Positions 20,301-27,990 are shown, counted from the stretch's first letter. The stretch is 64,000 nt of DNA from Chthoniobacterales bacterium (GCA_038207045.1 JBBRAF010000009.1:19392-83391), one strand, 5' to 3'. Numbers and translations: made by a program. The notes: a model not told the origin generated them from the sequence alone.

Positions 20301-20481
20301 AAACGTTAGGTTGCGACGGCACGCCACAGATCGCGCGAACCCGACCGCCGCGATACGGGCCGACATTTCGCCAGTGCAATGCCTGGCTTAAATCGGCATC
20401 AAGCTGCCCGAGGACGGATTGGGCAAAAGCCAGCACCGCCATGACGCAGCACATCGCGGGTGGTCGGCGGGTGATCAGCAT
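17332..20481 (-). CDS. secreted sortilin/Vps10-like BNR (Asp-box) repeat protein
   Basis: 1049 aa with a signal peptide and at least 10 Asp-box motifs: S.D.G.TW (STDAGETWTQ, SVDGGKTWTQ, STDGGKTWTA, TNDGGKTWND, THDAGRSWQE ...). Confidence 0.8.
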   Translation of the reverse strand: MLITRRPPAMCCVMAVLAFAQSVLGQLDADLSQALHWRNVGPYRGGRVRAICGVPSQPNVFYMAQVNGGVFKTNDFGRTWTPIFDGQPTASVGAIAVANSDPNVVYVGSGEGLHRPDLSVGDGIYKSTDAGETWTQLGLRDGQQIPQIAIDPGNAERLFVAVSGHPYGPNQERGIFRSSDGGKTFEKVLYKDENTGGADVAIDPANPEIVYASLWESREGPWENSTWDGGNGGIFKSVDGGKTWTQLRNGLPEAIVQANIAIAPSAPNTLFASVSGLKHSELLRSENAGETWRKITEDERPAAGIGGGELPVVRFDPKNPNIVYSASVVCWKSTDGGKTWTAWRGAPGGDDYQNVWINPRNTDIILLGSDQGAIVTVNGGRTWSSWYNQSTAQLYHVSADNSFPYRLYSGQQESGSVGISSRGNDGAITFRDWHPVAAEEYGYVVADPLDPDIVYGGKLTRYDRRTDQAQEILPLPLRSPDFRMIRTQPIVFPPLDPHLLFFAGNTLWKTRDRGETWTQISPDLSRKTYELPASIGKYRSEPTAEAKQRGVIYTVAPSPLDANRIWAGTDDGLIQLTNDGGKTWNDVTPPPISAWQKISIIDAGRFDAGTAYAAVNTLRLDDVRPHIYRTHDAGRSWQEIVRGFPDGQTVNAVREDPQRRGLLFAGTERAVYFSLDDGENWQSLRLNMPATSVRDLIVKDDDLCVATHGRGFWILDNVTPLRQLAAKPTETIFFKPQTAWRVRWNMNTDTPLPPDEPTGENPPDGAMIDYFLPSDVSAGVTLEVKDAKGNIVRRYASDDPAPNIDMKKLKVPSYWIRPAQQLPATAGLHRFVWDLHYTPIADIEPEFPISAVFRHTAPEATSPWAMPGQYSVVLSANGKSHTQPLAVRMDPRVKTADTDLADQLTLSKQLYDARPQLQQISKSFLSLHGEVEKAKERQSSITKQLDDFAKTLAQFAPANARPGAPLSFEALGQLQSLFTQLQEVDAAPRPSVKAAVAKFLRDLPSLIERWQRVVTDDLPRLNRELAAAGLDQIEIKSDQHSDQNNTSGE

Positions 20482-20550
20482 GAAATTCCAAACTACTCAC
20501 GCCTGACTCACGAACGCCAGTAGAGTTACGTTTTTCCGTTGCCGCTCAAT

Positions 20551-22071
20551 TCATCGCAGCCCGGCGCCGGCCATCTCCGGGGAAAAGATCACACCGTTCT
20601 TGATCACAGTATGAATATCAGATGCATGCGCGATGTCCTGCAGCGGGTCCGAGTTCAAAATCACCAGATCGGCGAATTTTCCCGGCGCGACCGCGCCCAG
20701 CCGCGCCCCGGAATCACCGCCAAATGCTTTGGCGGCATTGGCCGTCACGCTTTGCAGGATTTGCATCGGCGTCAGGCCCGCTTCTTTCATTAGCTGAAAC
20801 TCGCGGAAAAGCGCAGGGCCGTGAATCGTGCCGATATTCCCGGCATCGGTGCCAGCGGCGATCGTGACGCCGGCGTCTTCCAAGGTTTTCAGATTTTTGA
20901 GCGCGACATCGTAGGTCTGTTGAATGTGTTCCAGAACGCTGTCGGGATTTTCCAAGGCGCCCCTGAGGCGATCCGGCATTTTGTCCGGCGGAAGCTTCCT
21001 CACATCCAGGGTGGCGATGACTTCAGGGTTACCCCAGGCTTTTTCTTCCGGGGTGATATTGAGCCGGTTCGCGAACGTGCGGCCGTAACGCTCGAAGACG
21101 ACAAGGGTCGTTGTGAGAATCGTGCCACGATTTTTCAACAGTTTGACGAATGCTTCGTCGACCGGTTTATCGGTGACACTGTGAACAAGAAGGTCGGCGC
21201 CTTCTTCGACGGCGTTGCGCGCCGCTTCCAGTTCGGTGGCGTGAACGGCGACGCGAATTTTGTGGGCATGACTTTCCTGAACGACCGCGTGAACGACGGG
21301 ACGAAAAATGGCGGCGCGATCCACATCGCTCTGGCCCGGCACAGGCGACTGGCCGCGAGAAGACGCGGACGGTCCGCCTTCGCGTTGCTCGGACGCGGAC
21401 GGCACAATATACCAAATCTTGACGTAATCTGGATTTTGCCCGGCAAGTTTGCGCACGAATTCGCGGCCTTGGTCCGGAGTGTCGATCTTCACAATCGGGG
21501 GATCGCCCAGGTCGAGTTGGGGCCGAGCGACGCTGGAGATGAGCGGGCCGGCGACGGCGACGCGCGGCGCTTTCGCCGCGGCGCGGGCGCGCTTGCGCAC
21601 TTCGAAATTCCACATCGGCCCGCCAACGTCGATGACACTGGTAATGCCGCAGCGGAGATAGCGCGCAAAGGTGTCGTCGAGGTGCGATTTCATCCACGCC
21701 ACCTCGTCTTTGTACGGGCGCACGCTGGTCAGATCGATCACGTCAGGCCGGGTGAAGAGATCAGCCGACTGGAAAAAATGCACATGAGTGTCGATGTAAC
21801 CGGGCAGAATAAATTTGCCGGCGCAATCGATGGTCTTGGCGCCATCAGGAACGTGGATATCGGACGATGGTCCAACCGCCGTAATATGGTCGCCGTCGAG
21901 CAGCACGGTCGCGCTGGCGATCACTTTTTCATCGGCCGGATTAATGACGGAGGCGTGAGTAAGCGCGAGATTTTCTGCGGAAGAGGTTGCGGAAAGCAAA
22001 AGGCCTGCGGCCAGACAGGCGAGAAAAGTCCATCTTCGCGATGGCGATCGCAACAAATCCCCTGCTTTCAT
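20551..22071 (-). CDS. secreted amidohydrolase-family metallohydrolase
   Basis: The start is placed at the internal ATG (MKAGDLL...), which gives a signal peptide. Motifs seen: YIDTHVHFF metal-binding, HATE, and AGTDAG...HG near the C-terminus. Confidence 0.8.
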   Translation of the reverse strand: MKAGDLLRSPSRRWTFLACLAAGLLLSATSSAENLALTHASVINPADEKVIASATVLLDGDHITAVGPSSDIHVPDGAKTIDCAGKFILPGYIDTHVHFFQSADLFTRPDVIDLTSVRPYKDEVAWMKSHLDDTFARYLRCGITSVIDVGGPMWNFEVRKRARAAAKAPRVAVAGPLISSVARPQLDLGDPPIVKIDTPDQGREFVRKLAGQNPDYVKIWYIVPSASEQREGGPSASSRGQSPVPGQSDVDRAAIFRPVVHAVVQESHAHKIRVAVHATELEAARNAVEEGADLLVHSVTDKPVDEAFVKLLKNRGTILTTTLVVFERYGRTFANRLNITPEEKAWGNPEVIATLDVRKLPPDKMPDRLRGALENPDSVLEHIQQTYDVALKNLKTLEDAGVTIAAGTDAGNIGTIHGPALFREFQLMKEAGLTPMQILQSVTANAAKAFGGDSGARLGAVAPGKFADLVILNSDPLQDIAHASDIHTVIKNGVIFSPEMAGAGLR

Positions 22072-22090
22072 AGCTGAATTCGCAAAAACG

Positions 22091-22306
22091 TTATTCGGCC
22101 GATTCCGGCACCACCTTCTCCGCAGCCTGAAAGCCCACCTTTGAATGCGTGCCGTCGCAGAATGGCTTTTCCGTCGACGCGCCGCAACGGCACAGCGCCA
22201 TGCGCGTTTCCGCAGGGTAACTGTGACCATCGCTGTCCTTCAATTCCACCGCGCCCTTTACTATATAGGGACCGTTCTTGATTACCTCGATCGTTACATC
22301 AGCCAT
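22091..22306 (-). CDS. CDGSH-type iron-sulfur domain protein
   Basis: 71 aa with CRCGASTEKPFCDGTHS, the CDGSH signature. Confidence 0.85.
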   Translation of the reverse strand: MADVTIEVIKNGPYIVKGAVELKDSDGHSYPAETRMALCRCGASTEKPFCDGTHSKVGFQAAEKVVPESAE

Positions 22307-22460
22307 GGAGCGATCTTAAGGTGCGAAATGGAGCGAGACCAGTCGGATTCGCTCATCCTTCACGCTCTCTAATTTCTCCCTACCCGCTGCCGTCCAGCGT
22401 TTCGAGGCCCACCAAAAGGCGAATGCGGCGATTCAGCCGGCGTCAAAGCAACGCAAAGTC

Positions 22461-23231
22461 CTACCCTTTGCTCGAAGGCAGCTCGCGGGCGAAGAATTTC
22501 GCCGCCTTCGGGCGCACGATTTGCATCGCCGTTTCGCTGAGGACATGGCCCTCGCCTGACACGAAATCCGTCTCTACCTCACCACCACGCGCGCCGAGGA
22601 CTCGCTGAAGCGGCTTCGCATATTTTTCGAACGGCACCCGCTTATCCGCCACGCCGTGCACCATCAGCACCGGCGGCATTTTGCCGACACGTTTCTCCTG
22701 CGAGTTCCACATGCCGCCGGCCTGCTCCGTCACCGCACCCACTAAAGGATTGTTTGATGATGCCGCGATCGCCAGGAAAGCGCCCAATGAATATCCGTAG
22801 ACGCCGATCGGCCGTGCGCCTTTGCCCTCCCGATCATGCACCCACGCAATCCCATCGCGCACCGTCTGCAGCCAGTCGTCGAAACGCGCCTGCATTTCCG
22901 GGTCGCGAGCGGCGATTGTGCCTGTGCGATTGAAGTAATGGAGCAGATAAACCGTGTCGCCGGCATCGGCGAGCGCACGCGCCACCCGACGCATGCGCGA
23001 ACCATCGAAAAGCATCCCGCCCGCTCCATGCAACACAATAACCGCGCGCAGCGATTTCGGCCCGGCCGGCGCATAAAGCTCCGCGCGAATCTTCCTGCCC
23101 GCGCTCTCGAAGGACAAGCTCGCCGGGCGCGCCGTCGTGCCACCACCATCGCCGCCTGCCGCCAGCAACGGTTCGGCGACCGCAAAACTCAGCAGCAGCA
23201 AAACCCTCGTCGCCGCGCGAAAGATCCTCAT
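22461..23231 (-). CDS. secreted alpha/beta hydrolase (dienelactone hydrolase / prolyl oligopeptidase-like)
   Basis: 256 aa with a signal peptide, HGAGG oxyanion-like motif, nucleophile elbow GYSLGA, and a C-terminal HG.AD and GEGH. Confidence 0.75.
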   Translation of the reverse strand: MRIFRAATRVLLLLSFAVAEPLLAAGGDGGGTTARPASLSFESAGRKIRAELYAPAGPKSLRAVIVLHGAGGMLFDGSRMRRVARALADAGDTVYLLHYFNRTGTIAARDPEMQARFDDWLQTVRDGIAWVHDREGKGARPIGVYGYSLGAFLAIAASSNNPLVGAVTEQAGGMWNSQEKRVGKMPPVLMVHGVADKRVPFEKYAKPLQRVLGARGGEVETDFVSGEGHVLSETAMQIVRPKAAKFFARELPSSKG

Positions 23232-23370
23232 ACGGCAATATCGCGATCCGCCGCTCGTCCCGAACAGAATGTCGACGATTTGCCTGGCTATCCCGTGGCG
23301 TTCTAGCGGCGCACGCGTTCCGGACGCGACTGGAAGTACTTGTTTACAAGTTTGGACGCGAAAGTGATGA

Positions 23371-23654
23371 CGACGAGACGAAAGATCCAGCGAAACATAA
23401 TAGTAATGGTGAAAGCGGCGACTGATCAGCCGCTCGCTTTGGAAACGGCGCTCATCCTCTCTCTGGCCGTCTGGAGCTTTGGCATTGCCGTTCTCAGCGT
23501 TTCAGCTTCTCGGACTTTTCAGCTTCTTAGCTCTCGTGCTATCTCTCGGCTTTCACCAGATTGCGATCGTCCCTTCTCAGAGCCTTTACTGAGTTTTCCT
23601 CTGCGTTATTCTTTTCCGGCCGCCTGCGACCGTCGGTTGCCAGCGCCTGGTCAG
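23371..23654 (-). repeat. degenerate attC-like repeat(s) at the distal end of the array
   Basis: The left end CGACGAGACGAAAGATCCAG resembles the family left end CTAACGAGACGAAGATCAG. The right end CAGAGCCTTTACTGAG...CAGCGCCTGGTCAGG resembles TCTGAGCCTTTCGCTGCATCGCCTGGTTAC. The interior is not alignable. Confidence 0.4.
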
Positions 23655-23788
23655 GACTTTCGATCCTGCCAGGGAAACGGTTTGTCCTTTGGATGTTTGA
23701 TAAACTCTTCAATCAATTTCCTTATCGCTTCCTGCTCAGCGCCCTTCATCACTGGCTGGATGCTCGCCTCGTTGAGGCGAGCTCCCAT
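23651..23788 (-). CDS. possible 45-aa ORF; doubtful
   Basis: The ATG lies 2 nt after the stop of the upstream ORF. Its 5' end forms a perfect 9-bp hairpin GCTCGCCTC-AAC-GAGGCGAGC. It may be non-coding. Confidence 0.25.
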   Translation of the reverse strand: MGARLNEASIQPVMKGAEQEAIRKLIEEFIKHPKDKPFPWQDRKS

Positions 23789-23790
23789 AA

Positions 23791-24177
23791 CTAGCCGCAG
23801 GTAGCACCGACGATCTGCAACTGATCCCAACCTACGGGTGCACGAAGCGTGGTGCAATCTATTATGATGACGATTCGGCCTGGTTCTTCTTCGGTCGCGG
23901 AAACCTTAATACCGGCCTCGAATGCAAGGTTGATGTTGCCGACGGGCTGCGGCGCGTTTGTTGGCGGAACGTTCTGGACGCAAATCAGCCGGACAGGGGT
24001 GGGCATGCCGGACTGAGCATACCAATCGTGACACATGACCGGCGCGATCGTAATCTCGCCTGACCCAAGGCCGTCCAGTGGCTGGTAAGTCTGCGTAAGG
24101 CTGGACTCACCCCCAGCAGCGACGCGCAAGGTGCCGCAAACCAGAAGACTAAGGCATGCCGTTTTCAGTGAGCGCAC
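23791..24177 (-). CDS. cassette ORF: secreted protein of unknown function
   Basis: 128 aa with a GTG start and a signal peptide (MRSLKTACLSLLVCGTLRVAAG). It lies between attC-like repeats. Confidence 0.55.
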   Translation of the reverse strand: MRSLKTACLSLLVCGTLRVAAGGESSLTQTYQPLDGLGSGEITIAPVMCHDWYAQSGMPTPVRLICVQNVPPTNAPQPVGNINLAFEAGIKVSATEEEPGRIVIIIDCTTLRAPVGWDQLQIVGATCG

Positions 24178-24183
24178 AAAGAG

Positions 24184-24328
24184 GCCTAACGAGACAAAGC
24201 TCAGTCACAACTCAGGGAAGCGCAAGCCTGCCGGGCCTTGGCGGGCGGCGCTGTTCCCACTAACCGATAACTAGTAATCCTTAACTCACAAGTGTCTCTG
24301 AGCCTTTCGCTGCATCGCCTGGTTACAT
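24184..24328 (-). repeat. attC-like repeat A (145 bp)
   Basis: The plus strand starts GCCTAAC and ends GTTACAT. The inner arms AAAGCTCAG and CTGAGCCTTT are complementary. It aligns over its full length with 26082-26232. Confidence 0.65.
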
Positions 24329-24346
24329 GGTAGCGTGGCATGAATA

Positions 24347-24598
24347 TCAGATCTTCTCGCACGTGTCAGCCGAAGAGTCAGGAAGTAGTCTCAAGACTTC
24401 GTTTGCCTTCGTTAGGTCATCCGGCAAACCTTCGAGTTCAAAATCAATCGGTACGCCGTGTCCGTTCTCAGCGAAGGTGACTTTCACGCGGCCTGCCAAG
24501 CCTGCAGATGCCAATTTCTCAGCGATCTGCTCTTTCACCCGCTGCCCGATCTTGTTGCTAAGCTCGTCGCTCGAGAAATCGATATTGAAGCGTAACAT
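24347..24598 (-). CDS. cassette ORF: 83-aa acidic protein of unknown function
   Basis: MLRFNIDFSSDELSNKIGQRVKEQIAEKL...; flanked by attC-like repeats A and E. Confidence 0.55.
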   Translation of the reverse strand: MLRFNIDFSSDELSNKIGQRVKEQIAEKLASAGLAGRVKVTFAENGHGVPIDFELEGLPDDLTKANEVLRLLPDSSADTCEKI

Positions 24599-24624
24599 GG
24601 TCCGCTGGTGCTACACCTGAAGTC

Positions 24625-24747
24625 CCCTAACGAGACGAAGATCAGAGACGCCTACCGGGGGCGAGCGTAGCTCGTGGATGAAATGGTTGAGTCATCGAAA
24701 ATGTGGATCGTACAGGGGCAAGCGTTCGTTGCATCGCCAGATTAGGC
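24625..24747 (-). repeat. attC-like repeat E (123 bp)
   Basis: It starts CCCTAACGAGACGAAGATCAG and ends CGTTGCATCGCCAGATTAGGC, which is the family right-end motif with A in place of the first G. Confidence 0.55.
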
Positions 24748-24771
24748 CTCGCGTGGGACTCCCCCAGTTCT

Positions 24772-25168
24772 CTATCGCCACCGGCTGAGGATAACAACCA
24801 TCAGCAGTATTTTGCCGAACCAGTCTCCGGCATGAATGCATGCGAGCTTCCACGGCACATTCTCCCACATCACAGACCCAGACAAAAGTAATGCAGGAAA
24901 GCCAATCCACGTCAAAACAGCGAACTGGATCGCGGCTGGCCAGCCGGTGATACCAAGACGGCTGACTAAATACGCCAGGACGCAAGCAAGAACGACGTTT
25001 CGGGCGATTTCGCCGATCATTTTTACTGGCTGCGGCTTCTTCATGTCTGCCACCGCCGCAGAACTCAGCTCCGCTCGCTGCTTGGCGAAAGCGATGTACC
25101 ACGCCGTGCTGAAACACAAACGCCGCCACTGCCGCCACTATAACCGCCGGATATTTGATTTGATGCAT
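24772..25168 (-). pseudogene. cassette gene: DUF1761-family membrane protein, frameshifted near 25112-25120
   Basis: The N-terminus MHQIKYPAVIVAAVAAFVF is in one frame. The remainder, STAWYIAFAKQ...GWPAAIQFAVLTWIGFPALLL...AGDWFGKILLMVVIL, is in another. The switch occurs at a GTGTTTC run. Confidence 0.6.
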
Positions 25169-25186
25169 AGTTTACATTTTCTGTGG

Positions 25187-25310
25187 GCCTAACGAAACGT
25201 AAGATGAGCCACCGCTGGCGGGATCGAGCGCGGCTTGCAATGGGTGTGTTTTCTTAGGAGTAAGCGAGGCGTCGACCCGGCCAGCGGTTGGCTGCAGCGC
25301 TTGCTTAGAT
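25187..25310 (-). repeat. attC-like repeat C (124 bp)
   Basis: It starts GCCTAACGAAACGTAAGATGAGCCACCGCTGGCGGG and ends CCCGGCCAGCGGTTGGCTGCAGCGCTTGCTTAGAT. The arms CCACCGCTGGCGGG and CCCGGCCAGCGGTTGG are complementary. The TAA stop of the upstream ORF lies in the terminal core. Confidence 0.6.
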
Positions 25311-25616
25311 CGTTGTACCATCGCGGAGCGATGCACGCCAAGCACGCAGAACCCAGCCGACACACCACAATAAACTAACCACAACAGCGTACAAAAGCAT
25401 GTTGGCACCAATGCTCATCGCGATGGTGGCGTAAGCACCAGGCTCGTGCTCATGTCCGTCGGTAGCCAAAAGAAATATTCCGCTCAGCCACAGGAAAGCA
25501 CCGCGACCGCCTGCGACGTGCTCTGCAAAACGATGCGACGCGAGGGAGAGAATGGGAGCAACGACGCCAAGCAGTGCTCCAGCCAGAAAAGCTGATCTAA
25601 ACTTCGGGAGGTGCAT
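25305..25616 (-). CDS. cassette ORF: 103-aa membrane protein of unknown function
   Basis: Three hydrophobic segments (FLAGALLGVVAPILSL, FLWLSGIFLLA, MLLYAVVVSLLWCVGWVL). Confidence 0.55.
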   Translation of the reverse strand: MHLPKFRSAFLAGALLGVVAPILSLASHRFAEHVAGGRGAFLWLSGIFLLATDGHEHEPGAYATIAMSIGANMLLYAVVVSLLWCVGWVLRAWRASLRDGTTI

Positions 25617-25618
25617 AG

Positions 25619-25812
25619 ATCTAACGAGCAGTCGGTGTCATTTATGACGTAAAACAAATGCATCGACGTGACGTATGATACGACCTTTCTCCTTGCAGGC
25701 CAGCCTCAGGAAGGCAACCGCCCGCTCATTTCTGACCGGCGGTCTGCTTTTCCGTAATGTGGCCGCCAAGCCGGGGGTTTTAGTTCCATTCTGATTAGCT
25801 GCGTGGTTAGAT
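25619..25812 (-). repeat. attC-like repeat F (194 bp, AT-rich interior)
   Basis: It starts ATCTAACGAG and ends GATTAGCTGCGTGGTTAGAT. Both cores fit the consensus exactly. The TAA stop of ORF 25807.. lies inside GTTAGAT. It is longer than classical attC sites. Confidence 0.5.
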
Positions 25813-26052
25813 GTCTGATGATGGAGTGAACCACTCGGTTAAAGCGTCCCAGGTCTTCTGCTTAAGCAGCTTGCCGCTTGGCCGGCGCCATCGCAAGCCG
25901 CCAACGCTGATGGTGAGAGTCCCTAGCTTCCGTCGACGCCTCTTCCACTTTTCCCATACCTCAAACTGGACTCCGCGCTTGCCGATATCCACGTACTCAA
26001 GAACCCTTGCTGAGACCCATTTTGTCGGGCGACCCTTTTGCCTGCCTTTCAT
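25807..26052 (-). CDS. cassette ORF: 81-aa basic protein of unknown function
   Basis: The start is placed at MKGRQKG, preceded by AGGAGG (the reverse complement of CCTCCT at 26061-26066). Confidence 0.55.
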   Translation of the reverse strand: MKGRQKGRPTKWVSARVLEYVDIGKRGVQFEVWEKWKRRRRKLGTLTISVGGLRWRRPSGKLLKQKTWDALTEWFTPSSDI

Positions 26053-26081
26053 CTTTGTTCCTCCTGTATCATAGTTGCGCC

Positions 26082-26232
26082 GTCTAACGAGACATAAGCT
26101 CAGCCACGGCTCAGGTAAACGCAAGGCTGCCGGCTGTGGCGGGAAACACTGTTCCCAATTAACCGATAAACTGATAACCCTCCTCCACTCACGAAGTGCG
26201 TCTGAGCCTCTGGCTGCACCGTCTGGTTAGGT
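26082..26232 (-). repeat. attC-like repeat B (151 bp)
   Basis: It starts GTCTAACGAGACATAAGCTCAG and ends CTGAGCCTCTGGCTGCACCGTCTGGTTAGGT. The cores fit the consensus. The TAA stop of ORF 26227.. lies inside the core. Confidence 0.65.
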
Positions 26233-26656
26233 CATTCGTCGTCGGAGGACTTGGGTGGAGTCACACGCAGAAGGCTCGCAGAGGAGTCGCTTGGCTGAAA
26301 GCCCAACGTGACGTCGCACGAGTAGAAGACGCGGCCCACGGGCCGGGTCGCTCACCGAAAACCGGAGTTCTAGATCGAGCTTATTGCCGTCCCAGCGCTT
26401 TGGCTCGGAGAGACAGTGAAGGTCGGGTTGTGTCGCGGTCACGCGGCCGAGCGCGTTCTGCGTGTAATCGGGCAGAGTGATACGGGTGGCAGAGGCACCT
26501 GCTAGATAGAACACGTAAATCTCCAGACTGTGTCTCGCACCTACGATGCGAACCTCGTAATGGCCATCTTTGGAGCGGCCGCCATCGACCAAAGCTTTCT
26601 TTCGCACCCGCTGAGGTGGCGAACGCGAATGTGAACATGAGAACAAGTGCTCGCAT
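26227..26656 (-). pseudogene. cassette gene: secreted protein of unknown function, frameshifted near 26590-26600
   Basis: The signal peptide MRALVLMFTFAFATSAGAKE is in one frame. The body KALVDGGRSKDGHYEVRIVGARHSLEIYVFYLAG... is in another. The switch occurs at GAAAGAAAGC. Confidence 0.5.
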
Positions 26657-26659
26657 CAG

Positions 26660-26695
26660 ACCTAATCAATTAGACGAAAGGTCGTAATTAATTGA
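26660..26695. repeat. short hairpin with an attC-like end (ACCTAAT) immediately upstream of the first cassette ORF
   Basis: TCAATTAGAC-GAAAG-GTCGTAATTAATTGA is an imperfect hairpin. On the minus strand it reads ...TTCGTCTAATTGATTAGGTCTGATG, which resembles the family end TTCGTCTCGTTAGG. Confidence 0.35.
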
Positions 26696-26718
26696 AGCGT
26701 AGGAGAGCTTCGGGACAA

Positions 26719-27450
26719 CTACAGAACGTTCTTGCCGCGGCCGGTCACGACCTTTACGAATTCTTCCACCTCTGGAAAGGCCTTGTCTCCATTCCAGGCA
26801 ACCCAAAACGGAGTGATAACTGGGGGACTTACCGGGCGAAAGACGACATTCGCGTGAGGAAGCCTTTTCGCCAGCTCGGGCAGAAGAGCGACTCCCAGGC
26901 CGGTCGCGACTGCGTGCAATACCGGCCGGTCGAACTCGACTTCCTGCAGAACCTTAGGTCGATATCCGGCTTTCGCGCAGCTTTCAGTCAACCACCTGCG
27001 ATATCCCGGTCGGGCCGTCTCCGAGATGCCGACAAAGAACATCGGTTCCAATTCTTTGAGTTTGACGGTGGATCGGCGTGCCAAATGACTCTGCTTCGGC
27101 AAAGCGACAAACGTCTTATACGCTGCCACGGGATGGGCTTTGAGGCCGCTTCGTTCCATGACCTGAGGCGATCCAACAAAGCCCAGGTCGAGACGGCCAT
27201 CCGCGAGTCTGGACAACTGCTCGCCACAGGTGAGATCGAAGAGGGGAACCGGTATGGCGGGAAAAGTCGCCTGGAATGTGCCAATGCTGGCAGGAAGTAA
27301 ATCGTGCACCAAATCCGCCACGTACCCAATTCTTAAGCCGCGCTTTTCTTCCCGATCCAGTGTGCGAACCGACTCCACGATTTCCTTCCCATGAGCAATT
27401 ACCCGTCGTGCGTCGGCGAGAAAGGACTTCCCCGCCGCGGTCAGGGTAAC
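26719..27450 (-). pseudogene. LysR-family regulator lacking its N-terminal HTH domain (5'-truncated)
   Basis: The substrate-binding domain is intact (LRIGYV...LDLGFV...). Similarity extends upstream only to ...VTLTAAGKSFLADARRVI. The wHTH (about 60 aa) is missing, and the sequence there belongs to another gene on the opposite strand. Confidence 0.7.
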
Positions 27451-27454
27451 GCAA

Positions 27455-27988
27455 ATGCGGGAAGAAGCTTCAGCGTTCGACCCGGCCAGCAGCAGCGTGT
27501 TCGCCTGGGCAGTGATGATCGTTCGCTCCTACGCGGTAGAGTGGTTACGCCGGCGCGGCAAGGTCGTTTTTCGAAAATCTCACATCGCGGCGGCGGGATC
27601 GTTCAATCTGGAACGCCAACGCGATGATAGCCAAAAGGGGAGCGACGGCCAGGCCGCGCTGGCGTTGCTCTCACCGGAACAGTGGGAGGTTCTCGAGCTT
27701 GCGTTTTTCCAGGGTATCTCACCCAGCGAAATATCCGAGGCGCTCACCCTCCCCGTTATCACGGTGAAGGCGAGGATTCGTTCCGGTCTGCTTTGCTTGC
27801 GTGAGGCTTTAGCCGCGTCTGAGCAGGAGTCGCCATTTGCGGTCCCGCGTTCAGGTATCTTCCGACGCGGGACCCAGCTCGTTAGCGGACGTAGGAGGGA
27901 TGGAACTCGGCTCATGCTGGACATCTGCGCACTCTTGTGGTCGAATCTCGCGGTGCGCGTGAATTCTTTTCAGAGCCGCGGTGACTAA
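27455..27988 (+). pseudogene. ECF sigma factor lacking regions 2.1-2.2 (5'-truncated)
   Basis: It aligns by eye with the sigma at 6797-7408, starting at ...SSVFAWAVMIVRSYAVEWLRRR (region 2.4) and running through region 4 (WEVLELAFFQGISPSEISEAL..ITVKARIRSGL). About 70 N-terminal residues are absent. Confidence 0.65.
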
Positions 27989-27990
27989 GC

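Larger units (their letters stand above)
23371..26695 (-). mobile_element. integron-like gene-cassette array (attC-like repeats with small ORFs); no integrase seen (CALIN-like)
   Basis: Six same-strand small ORFs are each followed by a 120-190 bp imperfect palindrome bounded by RYYYAAC/GTTRRRY-like cores. See the individual repeat entries and finding 1. Confidence 0.65.

Noticed and set aside
20821-22077. 418-aa plus-strand ORF
   Set aside because: It is entirely antisense to the well-supported amidohydrolase gene. Its Arg/Gly/Ala-rich composition is typical of shadow ORFs in GC-rich DNA.
23340-23804. 154-aa plus-strand ORF
   Set aside because: It runs through the degenerate attC-like repeat and antisense to cassette ORFs. 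There is no start context or motif.
26666-26695. Hairpin after the LysR stop, considered as a rho-independent terminator
   Set aside because: On the transcribed (minus) strand no U-tract follows the stem. The attC-like end motif is a better explanation, although that remains uncertain.
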